Of a stretch of 64,000 bases of DNA, positions 49,674 to 59,102 are shown one piece after another (position 1 is the first letter of the stretch; every line of letters begins with the position of its first letter). Under the pieces are notes generated by a model that saw nothing but the letters and a program-made list of their open reading frames with translations, ran no database searches and was not told where the DNA came from. Both the position numbers and the translations under genes were made by a program. Location of the stretch: positions 37,992 through 101,991 of the forward strand of contig JACPWD010000019.1 in NCBI GenBank assembly GCA_016197285.1, read 5' to 3'. Source of the DNA: Deltaproteobacteria bacterium (GTDB taxonomy: Bacteria > Desulfobacterota > Binatia > Bin18).

Positions 49674-51245
49674 TCATGGGAGCAGCACCGTCTTCATGAT
49701 GTGGAAGATGACGTTCTGCTCCAGCACGCCATGCACGAGGTGCGCGCCGGGGCCGGTAGCGTAAATCGCCACATCCTCTCCCCCGTGGGTTTCGAGGAAG
49801 AATGGTGCAATCGCTTCCTGCATGTAGTTCGGAGCGGTGGTGTCGGTGTTGGTGAGATCCGGTCGCGCATACGGCTCGCTTTTATAGGTCTTAGGCATAT
49901 GGGGGAAGGTTTTGCTGCCGTGCGGCTGGCTATCCGAAGTGCCGGTGTATCCCGGACCGTTGGCATAGTTCAGTGTCGTATACGGAAGACCGAACTGATC
50001 CTTGGCGGGTTCGGTGCTGTCCGGTTCAATCACTTTCCCCAGGATGGGATTGCCGCGTTTGGGATAGCCCGCCATCGTCAGCGTGTGGCTGTGGTCAGCG
50101 GTGACAATAATCAGCGTGTCACGTGGGTCCGTCATCTGGAGTGCGGTAGTGACCGCGCGAGAAAATTCGATGGCTTCGGTCAACGCGCGATACGCGTTGC
50201 CCATATGATGACCGTGGTCGATCCTGCCGCCCTCGACCATTAAGAAAAAGCCTTTCTTGTTTTTCTTGAGCATGGCGAGCGCGGTGTGAGTCATCTCCGA
50301 GAGCGAAGGCTCTCCGCCGGCATCCGAGGCGCGATCGGCCTCGAATTTCATATGTGACCGCTCGAACAGGCCCAGCAAATGGTCGGTCGCTTGCAAGTCG
50401 ATAGCGTCGAGCTGCGATTTGTTCCAGGCATAGGCTGCTCGTGGTTGCTCCAGCCATGTCTTGACGAGGTCGCGATCATCGAGGCGCGCCCCCGTCTCAC
50501 TGGGCTCTTCCGGGTCGATGATCCTCGTGGGGAGAAAAAAACTACGACCGCCGCCGAGGGCTACTTCCAAGCCGTTGCCGTGCTTGAATTCGATCAACTG
50601 CCGGGCGATGTCGGGGAAGTGCGCGGCTTTGGCGGCATCGGGAAGCTTCCCGTCCCATTCCCAGTCCCGGTCAACCGTGTGCGCATAACAAGCGCCCGGA
50701 GTTGCGTGCGTCACCGTCGTCGTGGTCACTACTCCAGTAGAAAGTCCTCGTTGTTCTGCGAGTTCGAGGATCGTGGTCAGTTCATTACCTTTCACCGACG
50801 TGTAATCGTCCTTGATGCCATTTTGATTCACGGAGAGGAAGCGGTCTTTCGTTTTGACGCCGGTGACCATCGCGGTCATGGTGGGCGCGGAGTCCGGAGT
50901 CTGTTGGTTGACGCTGTACGTCTTCGACAAGGCGACATAAGGAAATTTCTCGAAGCTCAGGGAGTTGTCTTCCCCGCTCTCTCCGCGCAACTGCCCCTCC
51001 AGAATGCGCGCGGCAGTCACGGTGGTGATCCCCATGCCGTCGCCGACAAAGAGGATGACATTCTTAGCCCGGTTCGCGCGAGGCTTGAGCTGCTGCGCCC
51101 CCTGTACCGCCCGTTGACCGGCGGCGTACCACTCGGCGGCGGTAGCAGGACCGGCGGCGCGCGCGGATGGTGCGATGGTAAAGAGACCAATGGCAGTACT
51201 GACCGTAACGATACTAAGACGACATCGCAAGAAATATATATTCAT
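49674..51245 (-). CDS. phoA: Alkaline phosphatase
   Basis: KNVILFVGDGMG, PDSAPT, THATP, VEGGRIDHGHH, TADHSH, HGGEDV; signal peptide. Confidence 0.95.
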   Translation of the reverse strand: MNIYFLRCRLSIVTVSTAIGLFTIAPSARAAGPATAAEWYAAGQRAVQGAQQLKPRANRAKNVILFVGDGMGITTVTAARILEGQLRGESGEDNSLSFEKFPYVALSKTYSVNQQTPDSAPTMTAMVTGVKTKDRFLSVNQNGIKDDYTSVKGNELTTILELAEQRGLSTGVVTTTTVTHATPGACYAHTVDRDWEWDGKLPDAAKAAHFPDIARQLIEFKHGNGLEVALGGGRSFFLPTRIIDPEEPSETGARLDDRDLVKTWLEQPRAAYAWNKSQLDAIDLQATDHLLGLFERSHMKFEADRASDAGGEPSLSEMTHTALAMLKKNKKGFFLMVEGGRIDHGHHMGNAYRALTEAIEFSRAVTTALQMTDPRDTLIIVTADHSHTLTMAGYPKRGNPILGKVIEPDSTEPAKDQFGLPYTTLNYANGPGYTGTSDSQPHGSKTFPHMPKTYKSEPYARPDLTNTDTTAPNYMQEAIAPFFLETHGGEDVAIYATGPGAHLVHGVLEQNVIFHIMKTVLLP

Positions 51246-51260
51246 GAAGAATCCTTTCTC

Positions 51261-52511
51261 TTACTCGGGCATTGGTTTGCTCAACACCTTCCAGACGGCC
51301 TCGCCGAGGCGGCGGCGTTCCTCGGCGTCCACTCCTTCTGTGGTGATTTCTTCCTCGGCTGCCCGGAGGACCGCATCATGATCCACGGCAAGTCGGGCGT
51401 GAGACCCGAACAGCTCAACCGTTCGGTCGCCAATGTCGGAGAGGGCAGGGCGCAAATCGGCTGCAAGGTCCAACCCTCGTGCCCAGACGGGAATCCTGTG
51501 GGGATTCTTGAGCATCGCTTCCTGGACCTGTTTCGCTACGTCAATTTGCCGGCGAAAGAGTTCGCGAGTGGCGTCGGCATTCGCGCCTCGTTCTCGTGCC
51601 AGGCTGGCGGCATGGGCAATGACGAGGCCTTCTTGTCTCAGATCTTCGACGGGCAGATTGTACCGCTGCTTGTAGTCGGCGATGGCTGGCATCAGAGCGA
51701 GCCGCAGGTCAAGGAAGGCGAAGACAGCGGAGAGAGGAGAAAGGGGCCGTGCGCGCTCTTCTCTAAGCCAGCGTTGGCGGAGACCAGGGAGAAAACCATC
51801 GTGTTCTCGATCCGCGAGCCAATGGTCGAGCCACTCGCGCCAAGGACCATCGGTTCGTCGTACAAGATAGGCTTTGCGATCGCGTCCGAACGCCGGCAAG
51901 GCAGAGAGGCGGCTATAACGTGCAAGGAATTGCGGTGCCTCGAAAGAATCCGTCAAAAGGGCGTCGGCTTGCTTATGTTCGACTAACGTGGGCAGTTCCA
52001 TATTTTTCGCTGTTGCCAGGATCGTCGCGCTACCGAATCGTGACCTTGCTACCTGTTCGAGATGGCCGCCAGCATTGACCGCCAGCCGGACGCCAGCCTG
52101 ATCGACAGCCGCCACCGAGGGAAAGCGGCTCGTATCGGCGACCAATACCATCGCACCGGACACGGCGTAAGGATGCGTAAAGGTGCTCCACAACAGCCGC
52201 TCCGGTCTCATCGTTACCCCGCTCATCGCGAGATCGAATTTTTCCGCCATGACATCGTGTCTGAGTTCTGGCCAACGAAACCGCACGATGTCGAAACGCA
52301 CGGCGAGATCGGCAGCCAAGCGGCGCGCCATTTCGACCTCGAATCCAGAACATTCCTGCGCCGACTCCGTGCACACGCAAAACGGTGCGTAGTCGCCGCT
52401 CATCCCGACCCGTAGCACGCCGCGTACGCGAATCTCGTCGAGGCTGGTAGCGGATGCCAGAACCGGGAACCACCACACGAGTACGGTAACAGCAAGTAGA
52501 AGAAAGCGCAC
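51261..52511 (-). CDS. Exported cyclohexadienyl dehydratase (PheC-like SBP fold) fused to chorismate mutase
   Basis: Signal peptide; LRVGMSGDYAPF, AMSGVT, AVNAGG; C-terminal RLALMPAIADYK...PVEDLRQE...QIDVAKQVQ...DLRPAL (AroQ gamma-like). Confidence 0.8.
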   Translation of the reverse strand: MRFLLLAVTVLVWWFPVLASATSLDEIRVRGVLRVGMSGDYAPFCVCTESAQECSGFEVEMARRLAADLAVRFDIVRFRWPELRHDVMAEKFDLAMSGVTMRPERLLWSTFTHPYAVSGAMVLVADTSRFPSVAAVDQAGVRLAVNAGGHLEQVARSRFGSATILATAKNMELPTLVEHKQADALLTDSFEAPQFLARYSRLSALPAFGRDRKAYLVRRTDGPWREWLDHWLADREHDGFLPGLRQRWLREERARPLSPLSAVFAFLDLRLALMPAIADYKQRYNLPVEDLRQEGLVIAHAASLARERGANADATRELFRRQIDVAKQVQEAMLKNPHRIPVWARGLDLAADLRPALSDIGDRTVELFGSHARLAVDHDAVLRAAEEEITTEGVDAEERRRLGEAVWKVLSKPMPE

Positions 52512-52529
52512 GGAACCGCTCCCTGCGTT

Positions 52530-53048
52530 TTAGTGAATGCCTTGTTCGATGTATTCGCGCGCGAAGCGCACGTAATTGTTGGCGTTCAGGTGTAGGCGCT
52601 CAAGCTCTTCTGGTTTGAGCGGACGGATGACTTTGGCTGGGTTGCCTACCGCCAGGGAGCGTGGAGGAATCTGCGCCCGTGGAGACACCACGGCCCCAGC
52701 TCCGATCAAACATTCCTCTCCGATCTCCGCCCCGTCGAGAATGACTGCGCCCATCCCCACCAAAGTAAAGTCGTGAATCGTACAGGCATGCACGACCACA
52801 TTGTGGGCAATGGACACGCCATCGCCAATAATCGTGGGAATGCCGCCACTAAACACATGCACGGTAGAATTATCCTGGATATTGACGCGCGCACCAATAC
52901 GAATGAAGCAGACATCTCCGCGTACGACCGCATTGAACCACACGCTGGACTCGGCACCGATATGCACGTCGCCGATCACATGAGCGCTCTGTTGAACATA
53001 GGCGCTGGGATCGATCTGCGGGCTGATGCCGTGGTGAGCAATAATCAT
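52530..53048 (-). CDS. Gamma carbonic anhydrase family protein
   Basis: IGDVHIG, VRGD, NIQDNSTVH, AHNVVVH hexapeptide repeats. Confidence 0.92.
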   Translation of the reverse strand: MIIAHHGISPQIDPSAYVQQSAHVIGDVHIGAESSVWFNAVVRGDVCFIRIGARVNIQDNSTVHVFSGGIPTIIGDGVSIAHNVVVHACTIHDFTLVGMGAVILDGAEIGEECLIGAGAVVSPRAQIPPRSLAVGNPAKVIRPLKPEELERLHLNANNYVRFAREYIEQGIH

Positions 53049-53176
53049 GGTTCCTCCGTTCTCAGCCACTGCACATACGGACAGGGCGGCGAGCGGTCAA
53101 GGTCAGCGCTTTCTTCGACACCGTGGCTTGTTCCACTTCTGGGAAGCGTTTAAGGTCAGCCACAGGAGGACCGCTC

Positions 53177-54367
53177 ATGCGCATCGGTATTCGCTTCGGT
53201 CTGTCACTACTCGGGATCGTTCTCGTGTTCGTCACCTCTAACGTCCTTGCCCAAAATACCTCTTCGCGACCGGATGGTTGGCAAGGCCCGTGGCCGGGGG
53301 ATTGGCAAGGCACCAAACCCGCTCCACAGAAAGAATTACCCGCTCCAGCACCCCAGCGGACCACGCCTTCCGGAAAACAGGTGATGGAAATTCCCTCGCA
53401 GCAAAGCACGCCGCCAGCGCCGCGCCAACAAGCGGAGATTCCTCCACGCCCGCAATCAGAAGGACCTCGTCCCACGCAATTCATTCCCGTTACCGTCACC
53501 GATCAACAAGGTCGATACGTCGCCGGCCTCCAGCCTGAAGATTTTACCCTCTACGAAGATGAAGAACCGCAGCGGGTCACCTACTTCAACACCGGCGAGA
53601 AAGAACCCATCAGCATGGGGATTTTAGTCGATACCAGCGGCAGTATGGAGACGAAGATCGACCGTGCGCGGATCGCGTTGCGTCGTCTCATCGACTCCAT
53701 CCGCCCGCGCGACGAGGTTTTTCTGGAAGCCTTCAGTTTACGTCCGGTGCTCTTACAAGACTTCACCGATAGCCGTCCGCTCCTGGCGCGCGCCATCGGC
53801 ATGTTGCGCCCGGTGGGCGGGACGGCACTGTACGATGCTATGCTGGATGCTTTGCTGCGCCTTCTTCATGGGCAGAATCCCAAGAAAGCGTTGTTCGTTA
53901 TCAGTGATGGAGACGACACCAACAGCTTCAATTCGCTAGAACAAACCATTCTCGCGGCGCGACGTGCCGGAGTCCTCATTTATGCTGTTGGGATTCAAGG
54001 GTCCGGCGATGGCCCTGTCAACTTGCAACTTGGGCCATTTTCTTTGGGGGGAGGTGGCGGTATGAACGACGCCAGAGGGGCACGTATCCTGCACGAAGCG
54101 ACGAGCCAGACTGGAGGAACTCTCTTCACGTTGAGCAGCCGGGACGTGATGGGGACCGAGTCGGTACTCGATAAAGCCATCCAAACCGTCTCCCGCGAGC
54201 TTCGTTCCCAATACAGCCTGGGCTACACACCAACAAAGCGTGGGAGCCAATACCGGAACGTTCGCGTTGCCGTGCGTCGTGCGGACGCCGAGCAACTGAC
54301 CGTGCGTACGCCAAAAGGGTACGCGGTCGATGCCGAAAAGCGAGTGGTCGAAACCGGACGCTGGTAG
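53177..54367 (+). CDS. Exported VWA domain protein
   Basis: Signal peptide, VTVTDQQGRYVAGL, DTSGSM, GTALYDA, ISDGDD, ELRSQYSLGY. Confidence 0.9.
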   Translation: MRIGIRFGLSLLGIVLVFVTSNVLAQNTSSRPDGWQGPWPGDWQGTKPAPQKELPAPAPQRTTPSGKQVMEIPSQQSTPPAPRQQAEIPPRPQSEGPRPTQFIPVTVTDQQGRYVAGLQPEDFTLYEDEEPQRVTYFNTGEKEPISMGILVDTSGSMETKIDRARIALRRLIDSIRPRDEVFLEAFSLRPVLLQDFTDSRPLLARAIGMLRPVGGTALYDAMLDALLRLLHGQNPKKALFVISDGDDTNSFNSLEQTILAARRAGVLIYAVGIQGSGDGPVNLQLGPFSLGGGGGMNDARGARILHEATSQTGGTLFTLSSRDVMGTESVLDKAIQTVSRELRSQYSLGYTPTKRGSQYRNVRVAVRRADAEQLTVRTPKGYAVDAEKRVVETGRW

Positions 54368-54401
54368 GGCTGCCAGCCTCGCTTCCGGGAAATGCTGAGC
54401 G

Positions 54402-54788
54402 TTATTTCTTATTGCGGAAGAAATGCTCCCGCACTTTTTCGCGGTCGAGAGGCGCGGTCGAAAAGGTGTCGAACACGCTGGCGATGGCCTGAATGCAACG
54501 CACGAAATCCGGCCAGACCGTCGCTGGGCCATTGAATGTGAGATTGACGGTTTCCACGCCAGCGTGGGTATGCTCGGAGCCGCCGGGTTTCGTACTCTGG
54601 ACATCGAAGGCGCGCACAGGCGCGGTGACGCGCAAGTGAAAGACGTCGGAAGCTTCGGTGCCGACCGGACGGCGTAGCTCCATCTTCAACTCGCTTTCGC
54701 CGCCATCGACCTCCACGATATACCATTCGCCGGGATAGGCGCTGGAGACTTTGAGTTGTGGGATTTTTTCTTCCGCTGAATCAGCCAT
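54402..54788 (-). CDS. Hypothetical protein
   Basis: AAGGAG RBS, 128-aa ORF. Confidence 0.7.
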   Translation of the reverse strand: MADSAEEKIPQLKVSSAYPGEWYIVEVDGGESELKMELRRPVGTEASDVFHLRVTAPVRAFDVQSTKPGGSEHTHAGVETVNLTFNGPATVWPDFVRCIQAIASVFDTFSTAPLDREKVREHFFRNKK

Positions 54789-54875
54789 ACTTACTCCTTC
54801 TGTTCCGCTCGCTCCTCGTCGTTGGGAGTCAACGCCTCAATTGTATGGATGCACAGGCCAGCCTCATGTTCGGGG

Positions 54876-54910
54876 AAAAAAGAAAGGCCCCCACAGAATG
54901 AGGGCCTTTC
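54876..54910 (-). terminator. Intrinsic terminator after the micropeptide gene
   Basis: GAAAGGCCC stem followed by a U-run on the minus strand. Confidence 0.8.
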
Positions 54911-54954
54911 AAGATGAGTTTTCCGCCTAAGGAGCCAGAGAGATGAAAGTGAAC

Positions 54955-55017
54955 TTACTTCTTCTTTGCGGGAGCTTTTTTCGCCGGTTTCTTTGCTGCG
55001 GCTTTTTTCGCTGCCAT
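54955..55017 (-). CDS. 20-aa Lys/Ala/Pro micropeptide (histone H1 tail-like)
   Basis: MAAKKAAAKKPAKKAPAKKK*; AGGAGGT RBS just upstream; own terminator; below the ORF-track cutoff. Confidence 0.8.
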   Translation of the reverse strand: MAAKKAAAKKPAKKAPAKKK

Positions 55018-55034
55018 AGAGACCTCCTAGTTAT

Positions 55035-55131
55035 TAGGGCTTCCAAGGGTGTCGAGACCTGAGCAACTAGGGATTGCTCTTCGGGATTCTCGATCTCCTT
55101 GGTCACCCGTGGGTGTTTAAGGGAACCCCTA
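55035..55131 (-). promoter_or_regulatory. Structured 5' leader RNA candidate
   Basis: Nested stems TAGGG.TTCC/GGAA.CCCTA, CACCC/GGGTG, CCAAGG/CCTTGG, TCGAGA/TCTCGA, GAGCAA/TTGCTC. Confidence 0.55.
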
Positions 55132-55382
55132 CAACGTACAGTTGAGCCCTAGGCGGAGCCCATACGGGGTCTATCTCTAGCAAAGCATGCCGCTGCCGTC
55201 AAGATGGAAATAGTATTTGAGAAAAGTTTTTTTGAAAAAAAGTCCTTTCTGTACAGAGGGTTCATGGACTTAAAATGCTGTTGCTGAAAAACACCCGACC
55301 AAATTAGCAGCGTGTTCTACTTCTAAGCAAACAATGTCACATATTTTTTGACGAAACAGCGCAGTTTGTGAGATTACAGGTA

Positions 55383-55411
55383 TTGACCCTGCAAAGGGAG
55401 TTCGCTAGGCT
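55383..55411 (+). promoter_or_regulatory. sigma70-like promoter
   Basis: TTGACC-N17-TAGGCT. Confidence 0.6.
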
Positions 55412-55463
55412 GCTGGGCGCATAGAGACGTCTGGATTTGTGGGAACCCCGCCGTCTTGAGCCG

Positions 55464-55504
55464 AGGCCCGAATGACATCATTCGGGCCTTTTCCTTTTAT
55501 TTTT
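55464..55504 (+). terminator. Intrinsic terminator
   Basis: AGGCCCGAATGA/TCATTCGGGCCT stem + TTTCCTTTTATTTTT. Confidence 0.85.
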
Positions 55505-56084
55505 CCAGCTCTTCTCGGATAGAAGACATCTTCTGGCGCGCCTCGATAATGCAGGCGTCGAGATTGCGGCGGTGGTTGGCAGAAAGCCCACTCGGACTGC
55601 CGTCTCGTACCCCAGACACATACAGGCGTAACCGCTCGATTCCTTGGGCAAAACGACTTTCGGCGGAAGGGAACCAGAAGCGTTCGGCCTCGTTCTCGAA
55701 CAGGGTATCCGCTTCTAACAGGTTCGGGTCATATTCGTTGATCGAGACTTTCGTAAGATGTTCCTTAAATACCCGTAAACTCTCACGAAATGTCTGAAGG
55801 AGACCAAGCTGACGAGAGGCGTTATTATCTGCCCATAGTCGTGGCCCCCACAGGAAAAAGTCGTTTGGCCGCCATCCGAACCCGTCCTGGAGTTCGTGAG
55901 CCATTAGGGCGATCAATGTCGAAGCGAAGATTTCTCCAGGCTGAAAAGTGTGTTCGGCAAACTCCCCTGAGCCGAAATCCATCGGCAGTCGGTTATGCCT
56001 TCCCTGCCCAATCCAGAGCGCCAACATCCCACTCAGCCAGAGAAGAATCAGGACTCTGCCACTGCGTCTTGGCGGACGAAACAT
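55497..56084 (-). CDS. DUF2333-like protein (possibly C-terminally shortened)
   Basis: N-terminal TM, GWRPNDF...DNNASRQLG, FWFPSAE. Confidence 0.65.
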   Translation of the reverse strand: MFRPPRRSGRVLILLWLSGMLALWIGQGRHNRLPMDFGSGEFAEHTFQPGEIFASTLIALMAHELQDGFGWRPNDFFLWGPRLWADNNASRQLGLLQTFRESLRVFKEHLTKVSINEYDPNLLEADTLFENEAERFWFPSAESRFAQGIERLRLYVSGVRDGSPSGLSANHRRNLDACIIEARQKMSSIREELEK

Positions 56085-56167
56085 GAGTCATGATCCCATT
56101 GCCCTTTTGCCGAGGCAAGAACATTTTCATTTTTGTCTTGCTCGTTGCCTGACAAGCCGGGCCTCGC

Positions 56168-56929
56168 GTGGTATTTTGCCGGCGGTTCCTCGAAGAAAAG
56201 GCGCATTCCCGCGTGGCAAGAAAACTCCAGTCCTCTCGGCGGTCGGATTCCCCGGTGAGCAGCGAAGCTTCCTCTGAGGAACGGTCCCCAACGAAAGAAC
56301 GTATCCTCGACAGCGCCGAAGAGCTTTTCGCACAAAAAGGATTCGACGGTGCGCGCACGCGCGATATCGCCGCCCGAGCCAGCGTTAATATCTCTACCCT
56401 GCACTTTCACTGCAAGAGCAAGGAAGATCTCTATACTGCCGTCTACCAGCGGCAAATCGCTCGGCGTACAGCGCTTGCCGGGGAGGTGCTAGCCGTGTTT
56501 TCGCAAGCTGGCGATTCCCCGGACAGATGGTCGTCGATTGCCCAAGCCATCGTGACTCTGCTCTTCGATTTTTTTCGCCGTTACCCGCACGCCGCTCGGC
56601 TCGATAGTTACCGCCTCCTTGAAGATACCGCTCCCCACTCCACGCTCCAGCAAGGGCAAGCGTTGCTCTTTTCGGTTGCCGAGCAGTTACGGAATTTTTT
56701 GCCGAAAGATCTTGCTCCGACCGCCGATGTGGCCCTCAATATCCTCTCGGTCAATGCCTTGCTGCGTGAGTATTTTGCCAGCCCGGAAGTGTTTGGACAG
56801 TTGCTAGGAGAGTCTGACCGGAGCCGTCTGGAAGCTCGTCTTCATCGGCACGTCCAGCAGCATGTGACGCGGCTTTTCCGGATGCTTGAAGCCTCGTCTG
56901 GACAACCCGCAGCTACGGCAGAGCGATAA
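56168..56929 (+). CDS. TetR/AcrR family regulator (true start probably downstream, near 56255)
   Basis: TKERILDSAEELFAQKGFDGARTRDIA...SKEDLY. Confidence 0.88.
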   Translation: MVFCRRFLEEKAHSRVARKLQSSRRSDSPVSSEASSEERSPTKERILDSAEELFAQKGFDGARTRDIAARASVNISTLHFHCKSKEDLYTAVYQRQIARRTALAGEVLAVFSQAGDSPDRWSSIAQAIVTLLFDFFRRYPHAARLDSYRLLEDTAPHSTLQQGQALLFSVAEQLRNFLPKDLAPTADVALNILSVNALLREYFASPEVFGQLLGESDRSRLEARLHRHVQQHVTRLFRMLEASSGQPAATAER

Positions 56930-59000
56930 TCAGGTTCTGCTCTTGATCCACAGTGATGTGCGCCGCCGTTCCTACCACCACGGTACATTCGCGTTCTTCA
57001 ATGACGGCAGGTCCAGAGAAAGTCTCACCGGAAGGAAGCGCGTAGCGGTCGTACACATCGCACCGTGCAAATCCGCCGCGTTCGGGCAGATACACGTCAC
57101 GAGCGCCTTTGCGCGCGGCGGCAACCGTCCGCCCTGTCTGCTCCGGCGTTTGTAGCCGAATGGCGGGCGACGGTCCCGAGGCCACCAGACGCCAGTTGAC
57201 TACCTCGATTTCTACCCCAGGATTGAGCCGTTTGTATAAACGCTTGTACTCCTCGTCGAACGCCCGTTGGAGTGCTGGCAGGTCCGCTTTCGTGAGCTGC
57301 TTGTCTGGGAGAGCAACCCGGATCTCGAACCCTTGGTGCAAGTAGCGCATATCCGCTGAGCGCGAAAGCGTCACCATGCCTTCGACTCCGGCGGCTTCCA
57401 ACAACGCGCGTCCACGCTCCTCCATGTCGCGATACAGGCGTTCCAATGCAGCGAAGTCGAGTTCCGACAACGGCGAGACATAGCTCTGCACGAAATCGAA
57501 GGCCAACGGCGCGGTTAGCATGCCAAAGGCCGAGGTGACACCGGCGGCGAGCGGACTCACCAGCGTTTTCAACTTCAACCGCTCGGCGACGCGATAGGCG
57601 TGTACGGGTCCGGCCCCGCCGAAAGCGATGAGGCCATAATCGCGCGGATCTCGCCCCTTCTCCACTAGATGCATACGCGCCGCGTTCGCCATGTTCTCGT
57701 TCACCACTTGATGAATGCCCCAGGCCGCGCGGATCATGTCTACTCCGAGCGGGCGAGCGATTTTCTTTTCTATCGCTTGCTGCGCCTTTTCCAGATTGAG
57801 GCGCATTTTTCCGCCGAGGAAATACTCTAGACTCAAATAGCCCAGCACCAAATCCGCATCCGTTACCGTTGGTTCCTCGCCGCCCCGGTCATAACATACC
57901 GGTCCCGGTTCGGCTCCAGCGCTGTCGGGGCCGACTTTGAGCAGCCCCAGTTTATCCACGCGCGCGATGCTTCCTCCGCCGGCGCCAATTTCGATCATTT
58001 CGATCACCGGCACTTTCAACGGTAGACCGCTGCCCTTCTTAAAACGGTACACTCGCGCCGCCTCGAAGTCCGTCGTCAACAGCGGCTTGCCGTGATCGAT
58101 CAAACAGATCTTCGCCGTCGTTCCTCCCATGTCGAACGAAATGACGCGGTCCATCTTGCGGTGCGTGCCGTGGAAGACGGCGGCAAGTGCCCCGGCTGCC
58201 GGGCCGGATTCGATCAGGCGGATTGGATATTCGCTGGCAACCCTGCAACTGGTGATGCCTCCGTTCGAGAGCATGATGAAAATGTCGCGCGGCAAGCCTA
58301 GAGCACGTAGGTCCGCGTTGAGTTGCTCCAGATAGCGCTTCGCCAGTGGCTGCACGTAGACGTTCGCCACCGTGGTCGAGGTTCGTTCGTATTCGCGGAT
58401 CTCCGGCATGACCTCGCTCGATACCGAGCACGAGAGCTGAGGGAAATGCGTGAGGACCAATCGTTTGATCGTCTGTTCATGGGCGGGATTACGAAACGCA
58501 TGCAGCAGGCAGACGGCCAGCGCCTCTATCCCGTCGTCCGCTAATCCCTGAATCACTGCGAGCGCTTCAGCGGGATCGAGCAGTATCATGACACGTCCGG
58601 CATGATCGAGCCGTTCGGTGACTTCACGCCGCAAGAAGCGAGGGACAAGCGGTTCTGGGTTTTCCAAAGAGATGTCGTAGATGTCATAACGCCGCTCGCG
58701 ACCGATTTCCAAGGCGTCGCGAAATCCTTTGGTGGTAATCAGGCCGGTCTTCGCTCCTTTGCGCTCGATAATGGCGTTGGTAATCAGCGTGGTGCCGTGA
58801 ACGAGATGGGTGACCGACTGCGGCGCCAGACCTTGGTCGGTGAGGAGTTCGCGGAGGCCGTGTACGACTGCTTCTGCAGGATTCCGTGGAGTGGTCAGCA
58901 CCTTACCGATGGCAATGTGGTCGCCGGAGTCGGACAGCAAGAAAATATCGGTGAAGGTGCCGCCAATATCCACGCCAACGCGATAGGTCTGCTGTGTCAT
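56913..59000 (-). CDS. Hydantoinase A / oxoprolinase family protein
   Basis: GVDIGGTFTD, HGTT..TNA, EIREYERTSTT, ESGPAAG, DMGGTT, IGAGGGSIA, PTVTDAD. Confidence 0.94.
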   Translation of the reverse strand: MTQQTYRVGVDIGGTFTDIFLLSDSGDHIAIGKVLTTPRNPAEAVVHGLRELLTDQGLAPQSVTHLVHGTTLITNAIIERKGAKTGLITTKGFRDALEIGRERRYDIYDISLENPEPLVPRFLRREVTERLDHAGRVMILLDPAEALAVIQGLADDGIEALAVCLLHAFRNPAHEQTIKRLVLTHFPQLSCSVSSEVMPEIREYERTSTTVANVYVQPLAKRYLEQLNADLRALGLPRDIFIMLSNGGITSCRVASEYPIRLIESGPAAGALAAVFHGTHRKMDRVISFDMGGTTAKICLIDHGKPLLTTDFEAARVYRFKKGSGLPLKVPVIEMIEIGAGGGSIARVDKLGLLKVGPDSAGAEPGPVCYDRGGEEPTVTDADLVLGYLSLEYFLGGKMRLNLEKAQQAIEKKIARPLGVDMIRAAWGIHQVVNENMANAARMHLVEKGRDPRDYGLIAFGGAGPVHAYRVAERLKLKTLVSPLAAGVTSAFGMLTAPLAFDFVQSYVSPLSELDFAALERLYRDMEERGRALLEAAGVEGMVTLSRSADMRYLHQGFEIRVALPDKQLTKADLPALQRAFDEEYKRLYKRLNPGVEIEVVNWRLVASGPSPAIRLQTPEQTGRTVAAARKGARDVYLPERGGFARCDVYDRYALPSGETFSGPAVIEERECTVVVGTAAHITVDQEQNLIIALP

Positions 59001-59102
59001 GGCGGCACTATACCTGAGCGAGGGAGGAGCTGTCAGCCTGCTGCCGGCGAGTGGCGCGGCAGAAAAGAAAAGAGTACCCTGAGCGCGGAAAGGATGGTGG
59101 GG

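Noticed and set aside
58602..59102. N-terminal extension that would make Rho about 496 aa
   Set aside because: It is mostly antisense to the hydantoinase gene and has no Rho OB-fold motifs
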